Shown: piece by piece, positions 29,535 to 39,566 of the stretch
How the letters are laid out: the number at the start of each line of letters is the position of its first letter
How positions within the stretch are numbered: the first letter of the stretch is position 1
From: an uncultured Verrucomicrobiae bacterium
Lineage (GTDB): Bacteria; Verrucomicrobiota; Verrucomicrobiia; Chthoniobacterales; Chthoniobacteraceae
NCBI GenBank assembly: GCA_963836755.1
Contig: CAWIKF010000001.1
Coordinates: forward strand, 64,001-128,000
Length of the DNA: 64,000 nt
Reading direction: 5' to 3'
Made by a program: the position numbers and the translations under genes
The notes under the pieces: generated by a model
Told to the model about the DNA's origin: nothing
Database searches by the model: none
The model's input: the letters and a program-made list of their open reading frames with translations, nothing else

Positions 29535-30653
29535 GTGATCTCCAGCGATAGTGTGCTACATCCCGAACATCCACCCAAGATAGTCATGTTGCAAACCTGC
29601 CTTCCAGATTATCGACTGCCCTTCTTTCGGTTGTTGCTCGATGAACTGGGGACAAGCTTCTCGCTATGGACGGGCGAAGACTACTTTGATTCCACTATCC
29701 GAAGCATCGACGTTAGCGAATCCTGGATACATCGGATTCAAAACTGCTTTCTACTGGGGCGACGGCTACTCTGGCAAAGGGGCGCTCTTCAGCTTCGCCG
29801 CGCTGACTTGCTCTTTGTAGAAATGAACCCGAGGACACTGACGACATGGATTCTCCTGATTTATCGCCGGCTTTCAGCGAGACGGAGCATTGTGTGGGGG
29901 CACGCATGGTCTCGCAAGGGACGATCCTCGCCGATGAATAGGCTGCGCCTTTGCATGATGAGACTATCCGACGGCGTCATCACGTATACTCAATCCCATT
30001 GCACCGAAGTGGGCGCGATTTTGAGGAAGAAAAGCATTCAAGCAGCTCCAAATGCAGTGGTAGGCCGGCGTGAGTGCTATCCGGCCTCGAATGAGCACGG
30101 AGTGAAGGAAGACCTGATCTATGTTGGCAGGTTGGTCGCGGCCAAAAAGCCCAGGCTTCTTGTGGAAGGCTTTCGACTTGCGCGGCAAAGACTACAATTC
30201 AACGGAAACTTAATGATCGTCGGGGAAGGTCCTGAACGTGCGGCGCTCGAGGATTTGGTGAGCGAATACAACTTGAAAGACTGTGTATTCTTCTACGGAC
30301 AAATATCGGACACCGCTAAGCTCCGCCAGCTATATGCCGACGCTTTATGTTCCGTGTCGCCTGGATACGCCGGCTTATCAGTGATCCAATCGTTCGCCTT
30401 CGGCGTTCCTATGCTTGTTGCCGACTCCGAACCCCATTCCCCGGAGATCGAAGCATGTCATCCGGATTTCAATTGCGTGTATTTCAAATCGGACTCGGAA
30501 GCCGATCTGGCGGACAAGATTGGAGACTTCCAAAGATGCCGTCAAAAGTGGATCAATCTAAACGGTGAGATAAGCTCCTGGACTGCGGATAACTATACCT
30601 TCGAAGCCATGGCTCAACCATTTTTGCGCTTTGCGAGATCAGCCAAAACCTAG
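29535..30653 (+). CDS. Glycosyltransferase family 4
   Basis: LPDYRLPFF; IYVGRLVAAKKP; VGEGPER; SPGYAGLSVIQSFAFGVP; HSPEIEA. Confidence 0.9.
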   Translation: MISSDSVLHPEHPPKIVMLQTCLPDYRLPFFRLLLDELGTSFSLWTGEDYFDSTIRSIDVSESWIHRIQNCFLLGRRLLWQRGALQLRRADLLFVEMNPRTLTTWILLIYRRLSARRSIVWGHAWSRKGRSSPMNRLRLCMMRLSDGVITYTQSHCTEVGAILRKKSIQAAPNAVVGRRECYPASNEHGVKEDLIYVGRLVAAKKPRLLVEGFRLARQRLQFNGNLMIVGEGPERAALEDLVSEYNLKDCVFFYGQISDTAKLRQLYADALCSVSPGYAGLSVIQSFAFGVPMLVADSEPHSPEIEACHPDFNCVYFKSDSEADLADKIGDFQRCRQKWINLNGEISSWTADNYTFEAMAQPFLRFARSAKT

Positions 30654-30656
30654 CTT

Positions 30657-31775
30657 ATGCGACATCTTCACTTCGTCCAGTCTCTTGAACCGCAGCAGGG
30701 TGGCGGCTTAGGTCGCGCGGCGCTGGAACTGCATTCGCAGTTTTTGGCCGACGGTGAGAAATCAACTTTGGTAGCTACTCGCGCTGCCGATTTCCATGAG
30801 ACATGGCCTGACGTCGTGCAGCACGCCAGGATCGGACTGCAGAAGTTCTATTATACCCCGAGGTTGCATGCCACGGCAGCACAGACATTTCCTAACATCG
30901 ACATCGTGCATGGTCATGGATTTTACGTTGGGCCTAATTATGTATTTGGGAAGAAAGCTCGCGCGACGCAGAAGCCTCTCGTCTACCATGTTCAGGGTAT
31001 ATTCGAGCCATGGATTCTGCACCGGTCTCCTGTGAAAAAACGGATCGCCAGGTGGTGGTTCGAAGATGCCAACATTCGCCACGCCTCGCTATGGCGCGCG
31101 CTTACCCAAAAGGAGGCAGACCAGATTCGCGCGGTAGGAATCACTGCGCCGATTGTAATCGCGCCAAACGGAATCGACCTCACTTCGTTCGATTCCTTCG
31201 AGGAAGAATCCGCGAGCAAATCGAAACGGAGACGGCGATGCCTATTTCTAGGAAGACTTCATCCTAAAAAAGGTGTCGACCTGTTGCTGAAGGCTTGGAG
31301 TAAAGTTGGGAAGATCAAGGATGAATGGGAGCTGCTGATCGTAGGTCCGAATGAAGACGGTTATAAAAGCGAGCTCGAGCGACTTATACGCGTTTTGGAT
31401 CTGCAATCTTGTGCATCAATCGCGGGCACGGTCACAGGAAAAGAGAAGACGCGCGTGCTGAAAGAATCTGATCTTTTCATACTACCTTCTTACTCAGAGG
31501 GCTTCTCAGTGGCGATTCTGGAGGCGCTCGCCTGCAGAATCCCCGTCATCGCGACAACAGCTTGCAACTTTCCTGAACTGGCGAAGAGCGGAGGCGGTTG
31601 GGAGTGTGAACCATCGGTCGAATCAGTCAGCGTCGCACTTTCGAGCGCAATGGCATGCTCAAGCGCGGAAAGGAAGGATCGCGGCGAACTCGGACGCAAG
31701 TTAGCCGAAAGCTCCTACACATGGCCCAGCGTCGCTGGAACCATTCTGCAAGCATGCAAGGGCTTGATTAGCTAA
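30657..31775 (+). CDS. Glycosyltransferase family 4
   Basis: PNGID; LFLGRLHPKKG; FILPSYSEGFSVAILEALA. Confidence 0.93.
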   Translation: MRHLHFVQSLEPQQGGGLGRAALELHSQFLADGEKSTLVATRAADFHETWPDVVQHARIGLQKFYYTPRLHATAAQTFPNIDIVHGHGFYVGPNYVFGKKARATQKPLVYHVQGIFEPWILHRSPVKKRIARWWFEDANIRHASLWRALTQKEADQIRAVGITAPIVIAPNGIDLTSFDSFEEESASKSKRRRRCLFLGRLHPKKGVDLLLKAWSKVGKIKDEWELLIVGPNEDGYKSELERLIRVLDLQSCASIAGTVTGKEKTRVLKESDLFILPSYSEGFSVAILEALACRIPVIATTACNFPELAKSGGGWECEPSVESVSVALSSAMACSSAERKDRGELGRKLAESSYTWPSVAGTILQACKGLIS

Positions 31776-31795
31776 CGGACAGTGTTGAAACGGGT

Positions 31796-32503
31796 ATGGC
31801 AACTTCTTTCAAACTCAGATGCAGATCACATCCTGGTGAGGATCGTCGTGCTTTCACGCTTTTGGAGCTGCTGCTTTGTATTGCGATTATTGCGATCTTG
31901 ATCGCTCTGCTACTTATGGGTTCGGCCAAGGCAATTGCTGCATCGCGGAAAGTGGCCTGTTCAACAAACCTTCGTCAAATAAGTGTGGCTATTGTGTCCT
32001 ACCAGCTCGATTCCGAGGGATACTATCCCGACGTGAATACAGCGACCGCAAATTGGTGGGACGCAGTCACTCCCTATCTGAAAAGCACGGCGGTTCTTCA
32101 ATGTCCGGTTCATACTCTGACTGCTTTCCAGCTTGGGAGCCGAAGACCTATAGCCGCTAATTATGCCATGAACTGGACGCTTGGTCCAAACCACAACACC
32201 TCCTATCGAAGAAAAACCGCACTGCTGACTTCACCGGAAAACACGATGCTGGTGACTGAAGCAGGTCTCAGCGCGAATGGAACCGCTGTTCCGCAGCTCG
32301 ATGGTTCGTGGCTATTACAATGCGCCCAAGCTTATAAAGGCGGCGGTGTGCATAATGGAGGAAATAACATTCTATGGTGTGATGGACATGTATCGTGGTG
32401 GCAAGGAGTGGAACAGCTCACACAGGACCCATACAAACAAGGGTCAACGGTGCCGAACGCTCAAGATAAGTGGGCACCGGGATTTAACCCTTGGAAGCCG
32501 TGA
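31796..32503 (+). CDS. Prepilin-type N-terminal cleavage / DUF1559 / H-X9-DG domain protein
   Basis: RRAFTLLELLLCIAIIAILIALL; ACSTNLRQI; C-terminal HNGGNNILWCDGHV (H-X9-DG-like). Confidence 0.9.
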   Translation: MATSFKLRCRSHPGEDRRAFTLLELLLCIAIIAILIALLLMGSAKAIAASRKVACSTNLRQISVAIVSYQLDSEGYYPDVNTATANWWDAVTPYLKSTAVLQCPVHTLTAFQLGSRRPIAANYAMNWTLGPNHNTSYRRKTALLTSPENTMLVTEAGLSANGTAVPQLDGSWLLQCAQAYKGGGVHNGGNNILWCDGHVSWWQGVEQLTQDPYKQGSTVPNAQDKWAPGFNPWKP

Positions 32504-32529
32504 AACTGTAGCAACTCTGGCAAAACGTT

Positions 32530-33138
32530 TTGAAAGAAAGCATCACCCGAGTAAGAAACGACGGGTTTGATCCCAAGCGAGGATTGGACCGGGGGAAACC
32601 ATATTGGTTCGAAGCATGCTGGTATCTGGTGAAATGCGCTTTCTTTCTAAGTTCGCTTCCATGGCCATCTGCTCTCCGTTGTTCTTTGCTTCGCTTTTTC
32701 GGCGCTAAGATCGGAACCAAAGTCTACATCAAGCCCAGAACGAACATTCATTTCCCGTGGAAGCTCTCAATAGGGGACCATGCTTGGATCGGAGAAGAAG
32801 CTTTTATTCTAAATCTGGAACCGGTTTGCATCGGAAGTCACTGTTGTATCTCTCAGCGCGTCTTCCTATGCACTGGCAACCATGACTATACGGACGCGTC
32901 AATGACTTACCGCAGCGCAAAGATCGACATCAAAGATGGTGCTTGGATCGGAGCTCAGGTTTTTGTTGGCCCGGGCGTGACGGTAGAAGTCGACGCAGTC
33001 GCTACTGCCGGCTCGGTTGTTACTAGAAACCTTCCTCCTGAAATGATCTGTGCCGGCAATCCATGCGTGCCAACCAAGCCGAGATGGAAATCCGCTAACG
33101 CGCCTCAAGCCGACGAGGGCGAAGCCAAAGGCGAATGA
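32530..33138 (+). CDS. wcaF: WcaF-like polysaccharide acetyltransferase (hexapeptide repeat)
   Basis: LLRFFGAKIG; HFPWKLSIGDHAWIGE; CISQ..FLCTGNHD; AGNPC. Confidence 0.9.
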   Translation: MKESITRVRNDGFDPKRGLDRGKPYWFEACWYLVKCAFFLSSLPWPSALRCSLLRFFGAKIGTKVYIKPRTNIHFPWKLSIGDHAWIGEEAFILNLEPVCIGSHCCISQRVFLCTGNHDYTDASMTYRSAKIDIKDGAWIGAQVFVGPGVTVEVDAVATAGSVVTRNLPPEMICAGNPCVPTKPRWKSANAPQADEGEAKGE

Positions 33139-34388
33139 AAATACATCTCGTCACCAACTTATTTCAACCAGACGAACTAGCTGGCGCTGCGCTTTACACA
33201 GACCTTGCAATTTACCTGAAGGCTCGAGGTCACGATGTCCGTGTCACGACGACTTTTTCCTATTATCCGGCTTGGAAGTTGCGCGCCGAGGATCGAAATG
33301 TCGCCGTCAGAGACGAAATATTTCAAGATATACCGATTCGTAGGATCGGCATGTATGTTCCAGCTCAACCAAACGGTATGAACCGCGTTTTTTCAGATCT
33401 TAGCTTTCTCACGGGGCTGCTTCGCCATGCCACCTTTACAAATTGGACGCCTGAGGTAGTGTTGACGGCTTCGCCAATGCTTTCGCAGTGCTTGGCTCAA
33501 CGATTTCTCTATTGTTTCAAAAAAATCCCACGGGTTATCGTAGTTCAGGATTTTGTTGTCGACGCTGCCTTGGAGCTAAAGATTTTGAAGGCTCCGGCCA
33601 TTGGCAATATTCTGCTTGGATTGGAAAACTGGGCCTTTAAGTCTGCTCGAACGATCATCACGATCAATGAAGCCATGCTGGAAAAATTGCGTGGCAAATT
33701 AGGCGCTTCACGACGAATGGTCATGTTGTCAAACTGGATCCATGGAAGTTTGCAATCAACCATCGATCGACAGCGACACCATAGGTTGCCGCGGAGTTCG
33801 GATATCTTGTTTTACTCAGGCAACTTGGGCGTCAAACAAGGCCTGCCTGAATGCGCAGAGCTATTCAGCAAATGCAAGACGAGCTGGCGCTTGAAAATCC
33901 ATGGCGGTGGTGCGGAGGCTGAGAAGCTGCGACGACAGGTGAGTGGCAACCCAGACATCCAAATTGGCAATATCTTAAGCGAAGTGGACTATGTGCGAGA
34001 ACTTTGCCTCTCGACCGCTTGTCTCATCACTCAAAGGCCCGGTGTCGGCGCAAATTTTCTTCCTAGTAAGTTGCTGCCTGCATTGGCTTCAGGCACTCCG
34101 GTGCTGGCGATCTGCGATCGAAATGCTCCCCTCGGTATAGAGGTATCTGCGGGCGGATTCGGTGAGATCGTTTCCTTCGGCGATCAGGAAAAGCTTCAAA
34201 AGACGCTTACGCAATGGACACAAGAACCCGATCGGCTGGCTGTAATGAGCCGAAAGGCGTTAGCTTACAGCGAAAACTTTCATCGCGATACTATCTTGGC
34301 AGGATATGAGTCGGAGCTTCGGCACTTGGTTCCCACCAAGGAAGCCGCGGACGGAACTTTGATAGCTCACGCATCTTCTAGATCATGA
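33135..34388 (+). CDS. WcaI-like glycosyltransferase family 4
   Basis: FQPDELAG; SYYPAW; YSGNLGVKQGL; LPSKL; directly follows wcaF. Confidence 0.85.
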   Translation: MKIHLVTNLFQPDELAGAALYTDLAIYLKARGHDVRVTTTFSYYPAWKLRAEDRNVAVRDEIFQDIPIRRIGMYVPAQPNGMNRVFSDLSFLTGLLRHATFTNWTPEVVLTASPMLSQCLAQRFLYCFKKIPRVIVVQDFVVDAALELKILKAPAIGNILLGLENWAFKSARTIITINEAMLEKLRGKLGASRRMVMLSNWIHGSLQSTIDRQRHHRLPRSSDILFYSGNLGVKQGLPECAELFSKCKTSWRLKIHGGGAEAEKLRRQVSGNPDIQIGNILSEVDYVRELCLSTACLITQRPGVGANFLPSKLLPALASGTPVLAICDRNAPLGIEVSAGGFGEIVSFGDQEKLQKTLTQWTQEPDRLAVMSRKALAYSENFHRDTILAGYESELRHLVPTKEAADGTLIAHASSRS

Positions 34389-35846
34389 AAGATCTTTCGA
34401 CGCGTGCAATTCACGCCGCCCGCTGGGCTACTATTGAAGGCATTGCAAGCCAAGGGTTCTCATTTGCAGCGTTTTTGATGATGGCTCGTCTTTTGAGTCC
34501 TGGCGACTTCGGGTTGGTCGCGATGGCCAATATTTATGTCCTAGTCACGCAGGTGATTATTTTTCAAGGCCTCGGTCAGGCGATCATTCAGAAACTCGAT
34601 CTTCAGCCAGAGCATCTCGATGCAGCATTCTGGATCAACGTTTGCATAGGTATACTTCTGGTTGTTCTGACAATGGCTCTTTCCCAGCCTGTGGCGGCAT
34701 GGTTTCACGCTCCACGGTTGTGTGGACTGTTGCAGTGGCTTTCCATTCTGTTCATCACTAGCGCGCTCACGGATGTGCAGGTAAATTTGTTGGCGCGGAA
34801 CTTTGCTTATCGCTCCCTCGCGCTAAGGACTCTTCTTGTCGTCGTCTTGAGTGGAAGCGTTGGCGTCGTGATGGCGTGGAAGGGATATGGAGTCTGGAGC
34901 TTGGTCGGCCAGCAACTTGCCGGCGGAGTTATCAGCGTTCTAACTCTTTGGTCCGTGAGCGCGTGGCGCCCACGCGGTAGGTTTTCAATGTCTCATGGGC
35001 ATGAAATGCTGCGATTTGGAAGCAAGCTATTCGTTCATGAAATGATAAGCCTGGTGAACAAGCGTTCCGACCAGTTCTTCGTGGGTAAATATCTTGGAAC
35101 ACAAGCGATAGGAATCTATGCGATAGCTGCGAGAGTAAGCACACTGGTTAATGAAATCGCGGTTAAGTCTCTCTCTCGCGTAAGCCTTTCTTCACTTGCA
35201 AGACTGCAAACAAACGAAGTGCGTATTCAGTCAGCTTTTGGACGCATATTTCAATTGCAGATAAGCTTGATCTTACCCTTGGCGGTAGGTCTCAGCATTT
35301 TCTCGCGTCAGATTGTCCTCGCCACGATAGGACGACATTGGATCGCCGCAGTCCCGGCAATGCAAACCCTGCTGCTAGCGATTCCTTTCGAGGCATCTTC
35401 TTCTTTAAATTACTCAATGATCATCGCTCGCGCCAAGCCGGGATGGGTGTCTACTTTAAGCTGTATTCACGCCGGGGCAAATCTAACCTTGTTTTTAATC
35501 GTGGCAAAATGGGGAGTTTTTGCAGTTGCATTGGCTTATACGGCGCGGGCTATGATCTTATATCCAGTCGAGATGGCCCTTCTTTCGCGGTTGACGACCC
35601 TTTCTTTGAATCGACTGTGGCAACTAGCAATTCCAGCATTGTGTGCGGTGGTGGTCATGTGTGGATTTGACTACATTGCGCTACACATATGTCCAGCAGA
35701 CTGGCCGCCTTTCGTTTCACGTTGCACTGGGCATCCTGGTGAGCTTCGTGAGCTACTCCGCAACTATAGGTCTTCTTGATCCCAACGTTCTCCGGGAAGC
35801 TAGGAATATGGTCACGTCGCGGACTTCCGGAGCTGTAGCCTGCTAG
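34385..35846 (+). CDS. WzxC-like flippase with an apparent frameshift near the 3' end (about 35712-35718)
   Basis: ARLLSPGDFGLVAMA; GLGQAIIQ; GVWSLVGQQL; DQFFVGKYLG...GIY. The annotated frame stops at 35779, but a final TM helix (HVALGILVSFVSYSATIGLL) continues in another frame to 35846. Confidence 0.85.
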
Positions 35847-35848
35847 AC

Positions 35849-37111
35849 ATGCGAGTTCTGATCATAAGTAATCTTTTCCAGCCATTTATCATGGGTGGTG
35901 CCGAAATGGCTGCGCATTCGCTGGCATGTTGGCTGACGCAGCAAGGGCATCAAGTTTATGTTTTGACGGGCGCACCCGGGGCGGATACTGAAGCAATTTC
36001 CGCAGAAGATGGATTTCAGGTTGATAGGCGCTTCTTTCCCAATCTCTATTCCATATATCAGCCTGCTACGCATTCAAAGTTACAAAAGGCCGTCTGGCAT
36101 TGGTCCGACCATTTCCATGGAACGACGGAGCAGATTTGCCGCGAAGTCGTTCAGTCGTTTAAGCCGGATATCGTCAACACCCACGACTTACAAGGCATTG
36201 GCTACAACATCCTCCGAGAGGTCGGCCGACAATCGCTTCCCTGCGTCCAGGTTCTTCATGATTTCGGTTTTCTTTGCGTCAAGATGACAATGTTCTATCG
36301 CGGCCATACTTGCGCGCCGCGCCACCTTTCCTGCATCGCATCAGGATGGGTCAAAAGAGCCTATCTTGCATCCATCGAGCGTCTTTCTTTCTGGTCTCCT
36401 TCCGAAGCTTTATTGGACTACTACCTGCCCCATCTTCCAAAGCACCAGGAGGCAGAATGTATTCGCTTGCCGCTATACTTCTCAAAACCTCAGAAGATGG
36501 CCAGCTCACGAAGTGAGCACCATTCGGTGAAGCTGTTGTTCGTCGGGCAGGTTGTGTTGTGGAAAGGTATCGATTTCCTACTCGGCATACTGGCCGAGCT
36601 TGCCGTTGCCTACAGATTTCAGATCACCGTTGTCGGCGACGGCAGATTACTGCGAGAGCTTGAGGGAAAATATGCGCACGCCTCATGGGTGAACTTTACT
36701 GGTAAGCTTCCTCCTGAACAAATTGCCGACGTTATGGCGGTTCACGACCTTCTTCTCGTGCCCTCCTTGTGGTTCGAAAATTCCCCCTTGGTTGTTTATC
36801 AGGCCATTCAGCTTGGGATGCCTGTGATAGCGAGCGCAACCGGCGGATTACCAGAATTGATAACGGACGGTCAAAACGGACGACTGCTGAACACTGGTGA
36901 CGCTGCACAATGGAAGGAAGTGCTTGCCGGAATGTTTGCAGATACTTCTAGCATAGAACTATTGAAGAAGGGCGCAGCTAGATCCAGCGAACTTATGAAC
37001 CCAGATATTTCCGGTCACAAGGTTGTGCAGCTTTTCGAAAGAACTATTTCAGGAAAAGGATTCATATCTGAGAGCAAGCGTAAAAGCGCAGCGATGGCGG
37101 CATTTTCATGA
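35849..37111 (+). CDS. Glycosyltransferase family 4
   Basis: MRVLIISNLF..GGAE; LFVGQ...KG; VPSLWFENSPLVVYQA; GGLPELI. Confidence 0.92.
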   Translation: MRVLIISNLFQPFIMGGAEMAAHSLACWLTQQGHQVYVLTGAPGADTEAISAEDGFQVDRRFFPNLYSIYQPATHSKLQKAVWHWSDHFHGTTEQICREVVQSFKPDIVNTHDLQGIGYNILREVGRQSLPCVQVLHDFGFLCVKMTMFYRGHTCAPRHLSCIASGWVKRAYLASIERLSFWSPSEALLDYYLPHLPKHQEAECIRLPLYFSKPQKMASSRSEHHSVKLLFVGQVVLWKGIDFLLGILAELAVAYRFQITVVGDGRLLRELEGKYAHASWVNFTGKLPPEQIADVMAVHDLLLVPSLWFENSPLVVYQAIQLGMPVIASATGGLPELITDGQNGRLLNTGDAAQWKEVLAGMFADTSSIELLKKGAARSSELMNPDISGHKVVQLFERTISGKGFISESKRKSAAMAAFS

Positions 37112-38499
37112 GTCCCGGCAACAATAACGGCTTCGGGAATGCGATCGGACTGCGCGCAGATTGGCTGCTCTATTCTGGGTGGTTTATTATGTTGACCTAC
37201 TTCCCTAGCGGTCTGCTCCACTTTTACATGTCCGTCGCAGTCTACCTCCGAGATATTTTTGCAGTCGGACATTTGATCCTCTGCTTTGTTTTCTTTCATC
37301 TTCGAGGAGAACTTAGGGAGATACTGCGGAGATACTCGATTCTCCTTCTCGTGCCATTCTTTTTACTGCCGGCGATATTTTACCATCAATATACGCTCGA
37401 AGCGTTGCGCACGATCAAGTGGAGTATTCTTTGGTTGGATTGGATTTTCGTGGGCTATCTGGCGTTCTACAACAGGAATTGGGACGAATGCTTCAAAATC
37501 TTTCTTGCGATCACACTTTTGGAGTTACTGATTGAAGCGGGAGTAGGAATGTATGAATGGCACACGAATGAATTTTTGTTTTCTCCGCCATGGGGTGAAA
37601 AGACGGCTTTGGGAGTGCTGGAAGTAAGTGACCTCCGACTGATCGGTCATGTGAGAGTTCGAGGTCTTCAGCGTGACGTATTCTCCTTTGCCAATCTCAT
37701 GGCGATGAGTGCGACTTGCGGGCTGGTATACGCTGTGTCTTTTGCTCGAAGCGTCGGCGAGAAACTTCTCGGATATGTTTGGGCCGCTTTCTTTGCTATT
37801 CCCCTGGTGTTGTCAGGTGGACGCTCAGCTCTCTTCGGTATTTTTGCCGCAGTGATTCTGGCCCTTGCTTTGACCTTTGATCCAGTTCGCGTGAGACGAT
37901 TTGCCAAGGCATATCTTCTCCTCTGGGTCCTGATCGGACTTTCCATCAGTTTGGTTGGGGTAGGATCTCTTACTGAATCGATCGGTAGCGGGCTTTTTGG
38001 CGGTTCTCATATCGGTGACTCGACCAGTGCGTATATGCGAGACGACAACTGGAGGAACATACTGTCAGCCTTCGCCACAACGCCCTTGATACTGATCATC
38101 GGCGGACCATTCGCAAGTCTGCTCGATTCCAGCGTTGCGCCCATGTTTCATTGGGCCGACAACCAGTTTTTGTGGGACCTATATCATCTTGGGATTGCAG
38201 GGTTCTTGGGGGTTGGTTTTTATTTTTTTGTGGTTGTTAAAAAGTCGTCCACGCGAGGGGACCCACGCGCGATGGATGCTCTTATACTTTTCCTGTTGCT
38301 TGTCATCGGGGAAGGTATCGCACGCGAGTCGTTGACATTCATGAGTTGTGGTCCTGTCTTCGTTGCTTGTGGATACGTAAGTGCAGCCGGTCTGCCTCGA
38401 GGTCGAAGTCCGGAGGATTCAAGCAGTTCGTCACGCCACTCACGCAGGCGTCGGCGAAAAAAAACCGCGGATCAAAGATTCGCTCATCCGAACGCATGA
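37108..38499 (+). CDS. Multi-TM Wzy/O-antigen-ligase-like membrane protein
   Basis: About 11 TMs; LSGGRSAL; R..NW; HWADNQFL..LYHLGIAG, typical of the Wzy_C/WaaL-like fold. Confidence 0.7.
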   Translation: MSPGNNNGFGNAIGLRADWLLYSGWFIMLTYFPSGLLHFYMSVAVYLRDIFAVGHLILCFVFFHLRGELREILRRYSILLLVPFFLLPAIFYHQYTLEALRTIKWSILWLDWIFVGYLAFYNRNWDECFKIFLAITLLELLIEAGVGMYEWHTNEFLFSPPWGEKTALGVLEVSDLRLIGHVRVRGLQRDVFSFANLMAMSATCGLVYAVSFARSVGEKLLGYVWAAFFAIPLVLSGGRSALFGIFAAVILALALTFDPVRVRRFAKAYLLLWVLIGLSISLVGVGSLTESIGSGLFGGSHIGDSTSAYMRDDNWRNILSAFATTPLILIIGGPFASLLDSSVAPMFHWADNQFLWDLYHLGIAGFLGVGFYFFVVVKKSSTRGDPRAMDALILFLLLVIGEGIARESLTFMSCGPVFVACGYVSAAGLPRGRSPEDSSSSSRHSRRRRRKKTADQRFAHPNA

Positions 38500-39566
38500 A
38501 GGTGCTGTTGAGAATCCGATCGGATGTAAAAGCTTTTCCTGGAGGAGACTATGTCCAACTTCTCCAGACCCAGCGCGCGTTAGAAAACGCAGGAGTGACT
38601 TGCGAGGTCTCCGCTGGAGTTGATCCCATTCCACAAGGAATTGACATCGTCCATCTTTTCAATACCACCCGCATTCATGAGACCTATCTTCAATTTAGTG
38701 AGGCGAAGAAGAAAGGATTCCCAGTCGTGCTCTCGCCGATTTGGCATTCGCTGAAGGAGATGGCCCGCTTTTACGCAAAGCTCTATCGATTGCCTTTTTT
38801 TCCGATTTCCTCATATCTTGCACTGAAGGAAATTTACTATGCCGGGAGATCAAATCTACAACGACTCTTGGCCGCGACGCTTAGATTTACACATCTGCAG
38901 CGGATGGTGGTCGAAGGTTGTGATGCTGTTTTGCCCAACTCTCAACCAGAGCTCCAAATTCTTTGTGATGAACTAAAGGCAAAGCCTCGCGCAAGTTTTG
39001 TAGTTCCACCCTCATTTGATCTTGATTGCAAAGGCCACGGTTCCTCAGCAACTCGAGATGGAGTTCTTTGCGTCGGAAGGATAGAACCGCGTAAGAACCA
39101 GCTTTCTGTCATACGTGCATTCAAAGCATTACCGCGCAGCACTCACCGATTAGTCATTTACGGCGCTATCAATGAAGCGCATCCGGCCTACGCGAAAAAA
39201 GTTCAACAGGAGCTTGTGCACGGGTGGGTCGAGTATGGCGGACATGTCCCGAGAGAGGAAATCTATCTTGCGCTGTCAAAGGCGAAGGCGCTAGTGCTGG
39301 CAAGCTACTTTGAAACGTGTGGCTATGCCGCGATGGAGGCCTTGTCATGCGGTGCCCACGTCTGTATCAGCGATACGCCCTACACTAGGGGGTTTTACCA
39401 AGCGGCCGTTTCCTATTGCAATCCTTACTGCTCAGATTCGATTTCGCGCGGCATCGACAGCGCGTTGAGGAAGTCCGACGCAGATTATTCCGATTTGCTT
39501 CGGCAATACTCGGCGGAAAACACTGCTGCCCAAACCTTGGAAGCATACAAGTTTGCGTTGAACTGA
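38496..39566 (+). CDS. Glycosyltransferase family 4
   Basis: ATG 38496 (ATGA overlap); PGGDYVQ; LCVGRIEPRKNQ; SYFETCGYAAMEA. Confidence 0.9.
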   Translation: MKVLLRIRSDVKAFPGGDYVQLLQTQRALENAGVTCEVSAGVDPIPQGIDIVHLFNTTRIHETYLQFSEAKKKGFPVVLSPIWHSLKEMARFYAKLYRLPFFPISSYLALKEIYYAGRSNLQRLLAATLRFTHLQRMVVEGCDAVLPNSQPELQILCDELKAKPRASFVVPPSFDLDCKGHGSSATRDGVLCVGRIEPRKNQLSVIRAFKALPRSTHRLVIYGAINEAHPAYAKKVQQELVHGWVEYGGHVPREEIYLALSKAKALVLASYFETCGYAAMEALSCGAHVCISDTPYTRGFYQAAVSYCNPYCSDSISRGIDSALRKSDADYSDLLRQYSAENTAAQTLEAYKFALN

